Assembly: GCA_000708835.1 (NCBI GenBank)
Contig: DF237582.1
Span: 1 to 49,115, forward strand
Direction: 5' to 3'
Length of the DNA stretch: 49,115 bases
DNA from: Klebsormidium nitens
Taxonomy: Eukaryota; Plantae; Klebsormidiophyceae
Under the pieces are notes generated by a model. It did no database searches and was not told where the DNA came from. It saw nothing but the letters and a program-made list of their open reading frames with translations. A program made the position numbers and the translations under genes. Below, one piece after another: positions 1 through 22,112 of this stretch. Numbering within the stretch: position 1 is the first letter of the stretch; every line of letters begins with the position of its first letter.

Positions 1-2
1 GT

Positions 3-182
3 GGACATCGGCTACCGGAATTCTCGGTGAACCTGCCGGTCATCTTCTTCAGCCCGGGGCTTCGGAACAGCTACCTGGAAGTGGACCATGATTACCCATT
101 TCCACCGTACCGGGCAAGCACCCCCGGCCTCGAGAGCATGAAACAAAGCGGCGGCATTGCGCAACCGTCAGTGTATAGCTAG
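3..182 (+). CDS. Possible 3' end of an ORF entering from the left edge (59 codons, unidentified)
   Basis: Stop-free frame GHRLPEFSVNLPVIFFSPGLRNSYLEVDHDYPFPPYR...* ending at TAG 180-182, with fairly GC3-rich codons. No start codon or recognisable motif. Confidence 0.2.
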   Translation, partial: GHRLPEFSVNLPVIFFSPGLRNSYLEVDHDYPFPPYRASTPGLESMKQSGGIAQPSVYS

Positions 183-317
183 AACTTGGATAAAGAGAAT
201 CAAAAGATTGAACATTCGAGGTTCAACTAAAGAAGCATTGCCATTGCCAGTGCAGGTTGCATTGCATAAAATTTGCATTGAGGTCGAGACGGCAAGTTCT
301 TTGTTCAGCGGGCCACC

Positions 318-4352
<4,035 letters not shown>

Positions 4353-6254
4353 TCCGCCTAATTGGTGCTTACAATCAAGTATTTGGCGTCTGGTGGGATC
4401 GAGTCAGACCTTTTTCAAATCCTTACGAGCATGCTGACCCTGGCATGGAGCCCTGCAAAACGCCTTTTGGATCGGTATCAATTTGAGGGTGAGGTATTGG
4501 TTAGGCTAATTGCATGCCGCCTAAAGGATTGTGCCTATCAACGTACTTGGCTATGGTTTGAATATAACATCACTTTTAATGTGCATCTCGTGACTTCTTC
4601 CTTCCCGGTGTCCAAGCATAGTCCCACATCCTATTCTCAGCTGCCGGGGCGCGGCCTAGGCTAATACACTTGGTATAGTACCTTCGACCAGCTGAAAGAA
4701 GCTCGACAATTAGTGGCGGTCAAGCTATAATCATCATGTGCGCACACTGATGCATGTACGTGAGCGTAATATGCACTAGCTTGGGCTTCAAGCTATAATC
4801 AAATTGTATACAAACGCGCTCTACATTTAATTTTTGCAACATTGAGGTACTTAGCGCCGGCGGCCCACTGACGGGTCATTAGCGTCTCGGAAGCTAGCTC
4901 GATCATGTGGCTTTGCGCGGCCCTCAGCGCTGCATTGATCGATGAAAGTTATAGCTTGATCGAAATATATACCTAGAGCTGTATATCGACCGATGATTAT
5001 AAAAGTTAAGTATATCCGTCTAGGCCATTGGAATTGGCCGCCATGGCGGCAAATTGGATATATATGATGTACTATGTATGGATCCGGTGCTATATATACG
5101 GATACGTACCGTCGACTATGGAAGCTAGCATGCATCAATGATTGCTTCCGAAGTTGAGTGCATGATGTATCATTGAAACGATCGTTAACGAAATTTATAT
5201 CTATAGCTAATCTATATAGCGTGCACTGCGGCCGCCATTGTCCGGAGCCCGTGAGTCCAGAAACCTAAAACAACGGGTATCTGGTTTCTAGGGTAATTAT
5301 CTAGCTCTCTAACCCGCTTTCAATAAACTTACCTGGTTTTATGATTTTATATAGGGTCCCGTCTGCATGCATCATGCTATACACGAGGCGCTCGATGTTG
5401 CATGCTTGACAACCGTCACCTTGTACGTGTATTCATTCGATACTGAGCAAGGCATACTGCACGCCATCATGTTCAATCCGGCCAGCCGCCATGGCCGTCT
5501 GCATGCATGTACACGATCGGATGATTCTTTTTGGACCGCCATGTTGCCGGGCCAAGTACTTGAAACTTCAAACCCCCTATCGAAGTTTAGCGCTAGCTAG
5601 CTGCATGCATTGCGACATACGCCAAAAGGATCCGGTTTCGTGCAAACGAAGACGGCCGTGAGCCTGCCGTGATGGTGCAATACAGTAGTGTACTACGGTA
5701 GTGCGCTCAGTGATTGCAGTGCATGCCGCTAATGACTTAAAGAGTTCCGCGTAGTGCACGGCCCATGCGACCCGTCATCTTGCACCTCATGAGCGTATCC
5801 TAAAGCTACGCTGTATGCCACCTCCAAATCCCAAGGTTATTGAAACTCCACAACAAAAATAAAGATACGCTCCATTTCACAAAAAGCTTGAATTTTAGAG
5901 ACCGCATGCAAATCGATTTGAAGTTCAACGGTTGTACGGTAGTCAAGCATATTCCGGCATGCTACCCTGCAAGACTGTTGGTGACATGCTTGCTTTCAAT
6001 AAGAATGGATTTGATCATTGATGATTTCGAAAATTAGATCCGTCAAGCTAGGATAATGTACACACATATATTGTTTGACGGGCACTCCAGCCTTCCGATG
6101 CAGAACGACAGCCAGGCCTTTGGCAAGCAAATTTTGAATTAACAAACAAATGTAACGCAGTTGCAGAATACTACGGGCTCTTTGTTGGTATACCCAACTC
6201 CATCGAACACATGTTCACAAGAACCTGCGAACCTCTTCCAGTTGGCTATCTAGG

Positions 6255-8312
6255 TTACATTCGGTTGATTACTTGTCCAAGAAATAAGAAGTTTACAGCA
6301 CTGATTACGAGCTTGAGTCGTTGGGTACTCAGAACAGTCGAATCTGCAATAAGATGGGTATCCCAGATTACTCTTTGTGTCTACATCATAACCATCACGG
6401 TAAGGTAAGTAGGACAGAAGGATACCACGAAAAGAGCAGAATCAAACATGCATCAATCCTGATTTTACTTACCTGGAAGAAGACGGCGAGAAACAAGTTT
6501 GAACCAGCCAAGACGACTAGGAGCAAGGTCACGTAGTCAAATGGAGACAACCGCTGGTTGACCTGGGCAGAAGAAGAGAAGAAGAGATCAGAGAGTGCGG
6601 CTATGAGAAGATACTTGCAAGAGAACAAGACTTAGCAACTTATACCGCTTGAAAGATGCCATAGATTGGATCATTAGGCTTTGGATTGTCACAAGTAGGT
6701 CAGCAGAGAAACATCTAGAGACAACCCTTGCTGCTCTTCGCTTTGCAACTCACATTCTCTCTGTACCAGTAGAAGCCACCATACCTGCAAAGCAATTAAA
6801 AGAAACACTTCAAGCTTGATCACCTCCAAAATTGCTAGCAAAATTGAGCACGTGCCTCGGACAATTAAGAGTTGTGGTCAATCTCAGTGTCTTATTCAAC
6901 CAAAGTCCCTACTTGGAACATAGATACAATCTCAATGAGACAATGGATAGCAGCACTAACTTACAAGAGAAGCGGCGCTGCAAGAATTGCAGGTTGTAGC
7001 CAGCTGGGTACGGAGCCCGACTGCGCAACCACCTGGCCCGTGGCCTCCATCACTGTGGCGCCACTCTCATTAGCCACAGCTTCGCCAAGTGCACGATCAG
7101 CATTAAGAACTTGGCCAAGAAAACTTCCAGCCAATGCAACACACACCAGCCTGAGCGACGCCGCACTTCCTCTTCCGCCCCCTGCAATCTCTTCACCAAG
7201 GGCATCTAAGCGAAGCCTTGCCATCGACGCGTCAAGGTCAAAGTCTGGGCTAACTGCACTCGACAACGCATGCGCGGCCTCCCAGCTAGCCGTTTGCCTC
7301 AATTCTGAGATGTCCTGCTGCAAGGCCTCAACATGGTTTGACTGGAACGCAGCTTCCTGTCCAGCCAACATGAGTGTGATGTTGTGTTTACGCCATACCT
7401 GGTGCAAAGCCCAAAAAGGGTTACATTCTGAACGTAAACCACACGCTCGCACTCATGCAAGACTTCTGAAACATGAAGTGGACAAACACCTATCACTGAG
7501 TGGACTTATACACCTAATGCTGCCTTCACATCACTGGGAAAATCTTTGCCATCATGCGTGCAGGCAAACCTATATTTCTTACCTGCCAGAGCAGTTCGGC
7601 AGCATCAAAGCCAGCGGGGCTAGTCTGGTAAGCCTGTTGTTGAAATGCGACTATTTCTGACTGCAAAAACCCAGCTTGATGAAACTGCCCGCCCGCCAGT
7701 CTTCCGTCTTCAGCTTTCCCTGAGCTAGTAGGGTTGCCAAACGAGAGTAGGCAATTGACTGCAAACCTGCGTTGTCCTGTCGACAACATTCTCTCGCCTT
7801 TCAGGCTGCCACTTCCAATTCTGCTTGAATATTCTTGCCGCTGTACTTGCAACCTGCCAAGTGGCACAGCAAAGTGACTACAAGACCCACTTTCCCCATG
7901 TTCTCTCCAAGCAATTTCACGATTACTCACCAGATGGCCTAGGGCAAACTTTTGGGAACAATGTAACGCCACGATGTTGGTCATTTTTCTATTTTGATTG
8001 GTTCCAGATACCCGTGGTGGAACTAGTAGTGTCTTGTCAAGTGGTAGACTTACTCAATTGTAATCAGCGACGGAAAAGGGGGTATGATAGACATAGCAGC
8101 TTACTCTCTCTGAGGAGCTGTTTTGCACCTGCAGGCACCAATCGCCGAAGATATGTGATCACTGCAAAGCACAATGACCTTTCGTTGAGTCGCGACTCGC
8201 AATTATGCTCTCCTCGTGAGGGTACTTGTATGACTCTCATGAGACAATCAAGGGTGGGGCAACTCGAAGGAAGCATCGGATGCCATTGCAGGCGCAAAAG
8301 CAGACCGGCCAA
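6255..8312 (-). CDS. Unknown, probably chloroplast-targeted protein with C-terminal hydrophobic helices; first and last exons uncertain
   Basis: Phase-compatible exons join as ...RRFAVNCLL...AELLWQ|VWRKHNITL...SWLQPAILAAPLL|LYGGFYWYREN|VNQRLSPFDYVTLLLVVLAGSNLFLAVFFQ|TQRVIW...*. The start codon is not resolved, so 8312 is only an upper estimate. Confidence 0.6.
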
Positions 8313-8591
8313 CTGGCGAATGGCAAAGCAGTCGGACTCTCTCTCTGGAAATGGGTGGCTGACATTTGTCCTGCCCGTGGGGCTTTATCTGCTCCCTGCT
8401 TTCGATTTTCACACCGGCCGCCGGGAATCACCGCGCGCGGCGCTGTGCACTCCCAAGGCGGCCCGGGACGGTTCGGTGCGGTGAATCGGCGACATCCGTG
8501 TTTCCACAAATTTAGGGGTGAGTTTATTGGATTTTAGACCTGGCAGATTTTAAAAGGTGATCTTGCGGCTTGCCAGTTTAAGTTCAGTAGA

Positions 8592-8944
8592 GTATGTAAT
8601 TTCACTAGTTTCAACTGCAACGTAGGCATGACATCATCGGTACCTACGGTGAACAGTGTGGCGGTACGCTACCCTGTCGAAAATGGTCGGTACCGTGCAA
8701 TGTTCAACCGGGCACTCGATTGCAGGGAGACGGAGTGCTCGGGGGATGTTAGGGTTACAAGAGGGCAACCGACTGATCTTGGTGGGGTTAGTTGGGGGGT
8801 TAGGGTGGGTACGGGCGGGCTATGGCGGAACGCCTTAGGGTTCGTCAAAACCCGGTTACTGCTATCAGTTTGACCTTAGGGTTTTAGGTTTGGCAGGTCC
8901 TTAACTATGATGACGTTGCAGTTGAAACTAGTGAAGTTACATAC
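8592..8944. mobile_element. MITE-like element with 32-bp terminal inverted repeats
   Basis: GTATGTAATTTCACTAGTTTCAACTGCAACGT (8592-8623) matches the reverse complement of 8913-8944 with 1 mismatch. The interior is non-coding and rich in TTAGGG-like motifs. No clear TSD. Confidence 0.65.
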
Positions 8945-9010
8945 CTACTACGTCTTTAAGTTTTTGGTTTGAGTCTGTTCCCCGGGCCCGGGCGGTACCG
9001 ATCTATCGTA

Positions 9011-9217
9011 CCGATTGGCCGGTTGGGCAGATATTTGCCCAAAATTGAATTCGTATGCTGTGAAATTTGGGCAGCTTCATTTTGCTAATTTATTTCGTTT
9101 TCGTGTGGGGCAAAATGAGTTGCAATTCTTGAAATGAAATTTGTTTTACATTCAGATTTTTTGGGCAAGTCAAGGAATACTTACTAATTAGTGATTGTTG
9201 CCCAGTCGGACAATCGG
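9011..9217. mobile_element. 207-bp MITE with TA flanks (Tc1/mariner-like signature)
   Basis: CCGATTGGCCGGTTGGGCA pairs with TGCCCAGTCGGACAATCGG (16/19). TA lies on both sides (9009-10, 9218-19). Internal TTGGGCA/TGCCCAA sub-terminal motifs. Confidence 0.55.
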
Positions 9218-10233
9218 TACGGGTACGGTAGTGAACGCTAGCGAGCAAACTACCGGTACCGTTGTGAACAGGTGAAAAGGTATGTCGCTATCATACGGTA
9301 TCGGTACTACCTGCATCCGGTCCGTCGTTCAGCACTCATTGCTCCGCTATTACGGACGAGTGTATTAAATACGTATAGGTTATCGCGCCGTAGAGGCGAC
9401 CGGCCGGTCCCGGCAGTGTGAATTGTCTCGCAAACACAATTCCAATGCGCCATGGAATATCGTCGAGTCAATGCAACTTGCAAGTTGCCATGCAGCCTGC
9501 CAGTGCAGGTGGGACTCCCTGCGAGCCCGACAGCAAGGGTGGCTGCACGTTGGCAAACCCAAGCTTGTTTTACGAAGGACCTGCGGGTCCGTGCCTTCTC
9601 CATAGATGTCTTGTCTGAGTCAAGTCATTGGGAGCATTGGGCACCAGCCCATCGTAGCCAGCACTATTTCTGCTGCGTATGAACAAAACAGAGCAAGCGC
9701 ACCTGGAGGGCTTTGTCGGAACACAATCCACCAAAATCTACGATCTTCCAGACTTTGCTCCCATTTTCTAGGGTGAGTGAGAAGTGCTGGCTGCCTCTAT
9801 GAATAGCCCAGCCTTGCGTAGTCACTGGTCGTGCATCATCCTTTCTGGAGCTCGAGCTGCATTTCTGGTTCACACCAAGGAGGGAGCATTGTCTGCAAAC
9901 GAGGCCCGGCCCGCAGAAGCATAGATCTGTGAAGACTGGCATGCAATTCAATGTCTGGTTGCATTTGCCAACTCAACCACAGAACTAGAAGTGGTTCCGG
10001 AAAGTGTTCTGTCTGCACATATTGTAATCTTCCCTTTGCAAGACATGGTTGAGCATCTGCATTGCAGACCTGTAGGATCGCATCCACCAAAGAAGGGCAT
10101 GCAGCAGTCTCTGAGTTGCTGCTGGTTTTTTTGCAGGACTGTGGGCTCCTTCCCACGGCCGACTGGGTACCGAGGAAAGAATCTCTCACATCCCAAAAGG
10201 AACATCATTGAGGCAACGGCTGTAGCCCCAAGG

Positions 10234-15238
<5,005 letters not shown>

Positions 15239-15508
15239 GTTGCGTCCATCAGGAGAATCTGCTCGGTGGTGCAAGTGCCCCAGGTTGTGTTCCGGTTAAC
15301 CAAGACGACTTTGCAGCGAGTGCACATGCTGCCACTAGCTCTCCTCTCAATTTGTGGATGAAGTTTGTTGCAAACATCTGGAAAAGTGCGTCATGGTTTT
15401 CCAGAAACGGTGAGTATTCTGGATAAACTTGAAGCACGACATATGCTGCACATTTGCTCGTGTTTTTAAAGAGGTCATGCGTTAAGTCCGCCACCACCTA
15501 GGCCCGCT

Positions 15509-15820
15509 AGAATCCGTGGAAGGAGAACGTGCCTAAATCCGGACTATTCGAAACCCCCACCATTTTGTACCCAGGACTGCGCACAGTATGTAGGTAGCTT
15601 CTCCCGGCCACGCTGGCATGAGGACCAGCACTTCCCCGGTATACCTCCCGCAGACCACAGCCGTTAGCAGGTACAACGTTTCGGGTACGAATTTGCCAAA
15701 TTCATGACCCCGGACTCAGCGACCCGGGCGGCGGGCCCGTGCTCGGTCGACAGGGTACCAAAGCTTGGCAGGGTCTAAAAAACGTGCGAATTTGGTCCAC
15801 GTTCTCCCTCCACGCATTCT
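15509..15820. mobile_element. 312-bp MITE with 3-bp TSD GCT (PIF/Harbinger-like size class)
   Basis: AGAATCCGTGGAAGGAGAACGTG (15509-15531) pairs with CACGTTCTCCCTCCACGCATTCT (15798-15820), 21/23. GCT directly flanks both ends (15506-08, 15821-23). Confidence 0.72.
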
Positions 15821-17066
15821 GCTAGCATGCATGGCCCCTACATATTATTGGTCAGTACGATCACAAAGCGCGGCTGATGCGCCGCCATCATTGCCAATAC
15901 TAGTGGCGTGACGGTGCGCGCCCGGCCTATGCTTGAATTCCGGCAATAGATGTCCGCATATGTAATCATTGTTGCTGCATGACTTGGAGGGCCTACAGGG
16001 ATGCACCGGCCATGACCGTACATATGGTTGATGTGGTGGCAACGGTGGGCCCGGGTAGCGCGCTCAGTGGCAAACATTTGGTTTTGTACATCGTCGGAAG
16101 GTAGCTTACTCAGTATATACTATATGTAACCCTTGCAATGCGCATGCATGCATGATATTCGATCGAGCTGCATACGTGAATAATGAGTCATGCTCATGAC
16201 GTATTACATTGTACGGTACAGTCCAATTTTGCATGTAAATCGAGCTGGTACGTTAGCCAATTAGTTCAAGCGTTCAATCCAATATACTCCTATATTGGCC
16301 TCACACCTTTTAAGCGCTTTAAACCGACGGCCCGCCGTTGCGCACGGCTAGCTAGTATCGAATATTGGCCACCGAGGCAATAATTTCAGCACATGGGTCT
16401 TTAAAGGTCTTCGATCATCGTTACTGGAATGAAAAAGTCATTGCATGGGCAACCGTCTGGTCGAGGCGAGCTAGTTGAGTTATTGGTCTTCTCAAACCCG
16501 CATTCAATGATATTTGTGTAAAACCACGTCGGACGCACATATCATGCACTTTCCGCGTGAAGTTGACTGCGAGGCATCACTGACTTCAAGTTGCGATTGA
16601 AAAGAGAACATCACTGATCTCGAGTCATGTCAAAAAACTTCGATCCACAAGGGCGTTTCAAGGTTAAAACTCCGAAAATAAGACTGGCCCCCACCTTCAA
16701 CTTCGTCACAAGTTTTCCGATTTTCTGTGAAGATCTGGCAGGGGGTACTACCAGGCTGGCATAGCTGGCTGATTTGTTCCGATTTGCTGCTACTTGATTC
16801 TTAGCATGACGCAATTTTTCGTAAACGAGCAGGCTAGCTGGATATATCTACAGCATCTGATTGCGCGACTTAGGCAATTCTGCACTTCAAGTGAATGCAT
16901 CACAGCACATCAAGGTCGTGATCTCGCAAGACCAACCCATCACATACTTTTGACATGCATGAACGCAATCTCCAAAAAAAGCATGTTCGCTGCCAAAGGT
17001 CGATACTATTGCAAGTTGCTTTAGCAACTTTGTAGAACCAGTTTTTTTCTACCTTGATTCCCCAAT

Positions 17067-20000
17067 TCATGACTCAAAATTTGTTGGGATGCCACTTGAC
17101 CGTTTTCCCATAGCGCTATCTTGACCGGGCTTGCCTGGCACCATCCTCCGTTTCTTTTTGGCGAAAGTCTCGGCAGTGGAACCTGGAAGCTTTGGATGCG
17201 CCTCCTTCCTGTGATTCAAGAGAAGGGGATCATAATAGGCTCGGTACCTTCTGTGCAAAGCTCGCCTTGCATACAAGCTAGTTGGTCATGCGAACAGACA
17301 ATGAATGCATGCTTCTTGGATGCTATGTAACCTGGAATGGCAAAGAACTATGGGTGATCAAATCTGGTCCTTACCTCAACGTAGGATAGGAAGCAAAGAT
17401 CAAAACAGCCGGCAGCGCCAAAATGATGTACACCTGGAAAGATGAGAGTAGTCACGACAGGTAATTCAACTGCCCTCATGAACCCGTAATAACCTTGCAA
17501 GGATATGCTATAGAAAAACACCACAGATTCCCAATAATCAGGGACTCTGGAGTAACAACATGACGCTACAGATATTATGCTGTTGAGTCACTTTCCTATA
17601 ACAGCTCTTGAACACAAAGCCAAAGTCTGATCTACTCACCACCACATGCGCATTCTTTGTTGTGGCATAAGCAGCCGTAGCAGAGTTCGAGGAAAGCTGC
17701 TTCAGTGCAAATTGCACAGCCTGCAAGGCAACAAGTACAAACTGAGGGCAGCGCAAGAGACCGCTCATTACAAGCTCATAATCAAGACTTCGTTTCCCAA
17801 TCTCGCCATGCCAACAGTGTAGCCTCCTTGGAACGAGGTAGAAATCGCCATTAGCTCTCAAGCAAGCACCAGCTGCTTCACAACAAACGCCGTTCGCAAC
17901 TGGAGACAAATACGTCCGTCACCGTCAGGACACGCTTCACAAGCAAGTGGAGCAGGACGAAAAAGTAAACGTTGTCACCTGGTCGTGCAAGTCCTTTGCA
18001 GAACCCATTGCCAACCTAGCAGCATCAAGAACGGGTCGAAGCAGCTTTTGAAACTGGTGCACATACGGGGCTGCCGCTGCAGATAAAGCCCGGTACTGAG
18101 GCTGCAAGAAAACTTCCAAAGTGTCGGCATGGACAGCTTTTAATGCGCAGCTTTCTTTCAGAGTGGCAGTCCCCCAGAGATGTACAACAAGCTTATAATT
18201 TGCAGATGTATTCAGTCGATAGTTGGGTTTGAGCACCAGAAAATGGACAGAGTTCGGGTGTCCTTACGTTTCGCAAAAGCTTGTCAATAGTTGCAGCCAG
18301 ACCTTGGCGGGCCTTCTGTGCATGGGGTCCAGCCAAGGTGGCGACCCGGGTGTAAGCTGAAGCAGCGCCTTCATGGATCTTCCCTAGTACGGGAGTCGCA
18401 TGTTCTGCCCACTCGGCGGCCACCACAGGCATCAACCTCTGAACAGAGCAAAGAAGATCCTATTCACAGACGACCAGAGGGAAAAGGCCGTTGAAGACAG
18501 TAACAGAGAACCAACGCAGCTCATCGAAGGCAGCATGTGGAAAAGTAAACGTATCAAGCTGAAGAACTTCCCCCCTGGACGGCCCCCAACAAAGCTGAAG
18601 GTGCCTAACCTGGTGCGTTGCTTGAACATACCCCAGTGTGGGCTCCCCCACCACCTGCCACGAGTGCCCAGCTGCCTGCATCGCATGGTCGGGAGCCAGC
18701 TTGAGTGCACAACATTCAAACAGTGCACTGTAAGGCTGTGCCAAAAACCAAGATAAAAATGGTTGAATTGTTTGGGGAAACATGATAACCAGTTAATGGA
18801 AGGAAAGCTCACCGTACGAGCACGCTTGATATGCGGCTGTGCCCATTCATGTGCAGTGCTTGCTCTTGAAGTCAACTGCAGAAAGTCAAGTTGGTTTCAG
18901 TCTTCCGAGCTTGCCCCCAAAAAAGAGCCTAATATTGGAGATTGCCCAAGAGGCAAGTTTCAAAGAAGCATTTGAACGGAATGGACGAGATGCAACAGGT
19001 AAAACACAAGGCCTCCGCTTTTTTCAACTACGCAACCAGCTGCTATGGAGCAACTCGACCAAATCAAAAATATATGAAGCTGTGTGTAAGAAACCTGGCG
19101 CCCTGCTAAAGTTGTTGAGCGAAACAATATGGCTGTGTGTGCATCTCACCATGCTGGACACTTGCTGGTAAACAGGGTGTCCGTGCTTGAACCAGCGCAC
19201 TAGGAATGCTTCCTGTGAAGAAAGCAAGTCAATCAGATCTGAGGTAGGGTAGAGGCGGCAGCGAATTTCTGACTTAGTGCCCTGATTAATTTCTTCTCCC
19301 CAAAAACCCGCACACACAAATACACACCTCCAATTGTCACAGCAGCGATGCTGGGCACAATGGATCCAACATGCTAGCTCAAACAGACATAGCAGATTAA
19401 ACAGAAGTTTGCAGCTTTGACTGCACTGAACTTGCACAACTTCTCCCCTCATGACTTGCATGAACAGCAGCATCGTCACCTTTGACACGATCAAAAACCT
19501 TGATGGCCTCTAAGATGATACATGCCGATAGACTCCTTCCAAGGAGGCTTGTGTTCTCACCTGCACGGGGTTGATCTTGGCTGCCGCCCACGGTGGGAGC
19601 CAATTAGACATGACCTGGTCCTTTGCGGAGAGCTCCGCTTGGGCCTGGAGCAAGGCAGCCTGGCAGCAGGAATACAGACAATGAGCAGACGAGATGAGCA
19701 ATTGATGCGCTAGTCAATGCTAACAAGATGTAAGCAATAGACGGTCTTGAAAAAATGTACAATACAAGATGGGCTGCAATGGCTATCACAAAGCATTGCT
19801 ACAAGCTCCATCATTCGAAGCTGCCCAGATGCATGCCCAAATTCAGGTCACAGGTGTCTGCTTTCACCTCCAGCTTGGCAACCTTTGCTGCAGCTTCTGC
19901 CGCTTGCTCGCGCAGATTGTCCCCCTCCACTTTTAACTGAAGGAAAAAGTGGAGACAACACAACAATCAACAAAGTAAGTTACGCGACCCTCATCACGCC

Positions 20001-21491
20001 TGGCGCTCTTACAATATCTTTCTTTGAACAAACTCTCCATGTTACGAATGTGCCGTACCATTCTATCTAGGACACACCACTAAAGGAACTACGTCCTGCA
20101 CTGAATGAGACCACGCGATACTTCAAGCTGTCCTCTGCTGCACATGGGACACTCGGGCAGACTGGCTGGAGGGAATCACCTGTAGCACCAGCTCGCGCTG
20201 GGCTGCCTCCCCCCGTTCGGCTTTCTCAGCCCGCTCGAGTTGTCTTTGCTTCTCCTCTTCAAGAAGCTTTGCCCTCTTCTCAACATTTTCTGCCTTCTTC
20301 CCATTTGCCGCCAGTTTCAGCAGGTTTGAACGTTCACTCTCAAGTTGGGTTTTAAGAGAAGAGAGAGTCGCCACCTGCAGAAGCATCCGAACTTTCCCTT
20401 TATGATGTTGCAATTTAGATCCAAAGCAGAGATGGAAGTGCTGCAAGTATGCATCACAGGGAGAGGCTCTTGAACCACGTGACACATGCATATGATGGAA
20501 GGCTGGTAAGGAAGTGATGGTTTGCTGGTATGCATACAGGCAACCAGGTATTACTTACCTCCTCCTCCAACATTTGTATCTTTGAAAGAGCGTCATTTAA
20601 CCTTCCTGATGCTGATTCCACTTCAGCAGTCTGGCTCTCCTGCATCAGCGAAGTCCACTGAGTTATGTTTCTCGGAACTGTCTCTATAACCAGAGGGATC
20701 TACAACATTCTGCACAGCGACTCAGAGCTCAACTTTGGAATCGTTTCTCAAAAAGCATGCAGTGGCGAGAAAATGAAGCTTACTTTGAGCAGAGTGAGCT
20801 CTGCTTCTGCCGATTCTTTGGTGGCTTTCAATTCAGCCTCGACAACCTCTGCATGCTTTCCAAGCGTTTCGCTGCGAGTTTCTGCAGGATAAGAGAGTGG
20901 AAAGAGGAGTAGAGTATGTTAAAGTTTTAACCACTGCATCATCGAGTCGTTGATCATGCATGAAGTGAGAAAAATATTGAAAATTGCTCTAAGAAGTGGT
21001 GCTGTGCTTTCTATGTTTGCAAAGAGTGTGTGTCAATCACAACCAAATCCTACAACGCCTCCTTTCAGATAGCAAGGTTTGCAGACTCTTGCAGATGTTG
21101 CGTCTCAGCAGCCAATCCTCTGTCCATCAATGGTGCTGCATGCACAGCATATGATCAAACAGTTGGTCTTTTATTGCACCAATCTGAGCTGATGGCGAGC
21201 ATTTATGCAACATTTGAATACTGCCCTCTTTGGCTGAAGGTGGCACTCTTCAACCACTGGCAAAATACGGTCGTCACAGGTACTTTGGTGGGCAGATTGC
21301 GAGCTGGCAAGCCGCTTACCTGCAGCTTCAAGCTTGTCCTGCACTTCGTGCAACTTCCGCTGGACCTGACTCACTTGCTGGGCGACGCCCAGGTCGGATC
21401 CTGGCAGCACGCCGGCATCGGCAGCACAGAGATCGCATGCGCTCAGAAGTAACATACAACTCAAAAGCAACCAGCGCCCCAAGACCGCCAT
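17067..21491 (-). CDS. Signal-peptide, long coiled-coil protein with C-terminal TM helix (Arabidopsis At4g31340/At2g24420 'myosin heavy chain-related' type)
   Basis: N-terminal signal peptide MAVLGRWLLLSCMLLLSACDLCAA and coiled-coil exons (LKTQLESERSNLLKL...). Family-like motifs NWLPPWAAAK, WFKHGHPVYQQV and AHEWAQPHIK. Hydrophobic VYIILALPAVLIF followed by a basic tail KKKRRM...FES*. Confidence 0.82.
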
Positions 21492-21576
21492 TTCGTTTCT
21501 CAGAAATCTTCAACTTCAAGTTCTGAAACAAGCACTCGAAGCTCAGCCTTGTCCTTGGACCACATGTACCCACTCA

Positions 21577-21912
21577 TAGGGTGGTCACATCTGAGGTCGC
21601 GACAATTACCCTCGGGGCCGGAATTCCGACCCTCGGGGTGGAAATTCCACCCTTGGGGCGGGATTTCCACCCTAAGGTTCGGGGTCGCAAAATTTCTAGG
21701 GTGGGGGCGACCGATCCCGGACCTCCGAAAAAGTTTCTAGGGTGGGTTTGCACAATATACCGTCACGACTCGAGACCGCACAAAGCGGAAAGTTCTAGCC
21801 GTCCGGTCGAGTGGCCCCAAATGCAAATATGACCAAAGTGGGTTTCTAGGGACGGTGCACACCCTTGGGGTCGGTGCGCCGGTTTTCCGAGGATACAAAT
21901 GTGACCACCCTA
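21577..21912. mobile_element. 336-bp MITE in the divergent promoter between the coiled-coil gene and PHO1
   Basis: TAGGGTGGTCACAT (21577-90) and ATGTGACCACCCTA (21899-21912) form a perfect inverted repeat. TCA flanks both ends; the alternative reading is a TA TSD. Internal repeats TTTCTAGGGTGGG and CCCT(C/T)GGGG. Confidence 0.68.
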
Positions 21913-22112
21913 TCATTGCTGCAAGATTCCAGTGTGGAAACAGAAGTCGGGAGGGACAGGATGGCGGACTCCTTACAGGACCCCCCCTCAAGATTAAATC
22001 AACTCGATCGATGGTCAGAACTTGTAGAGCTGATCAACTCAGACCGTCGATCCGAGGGAGCATTTGCTTCCTTCCGAAAGCCCACGTACCGTTGTCCGTA
22101 CGTTCTCCGCCC

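Noticed and set aside
6872-7660. 262-aa plus-strand ORF
   Set aside because: Shadow of the minus-strand gene, whose exons have compatible splice sites.
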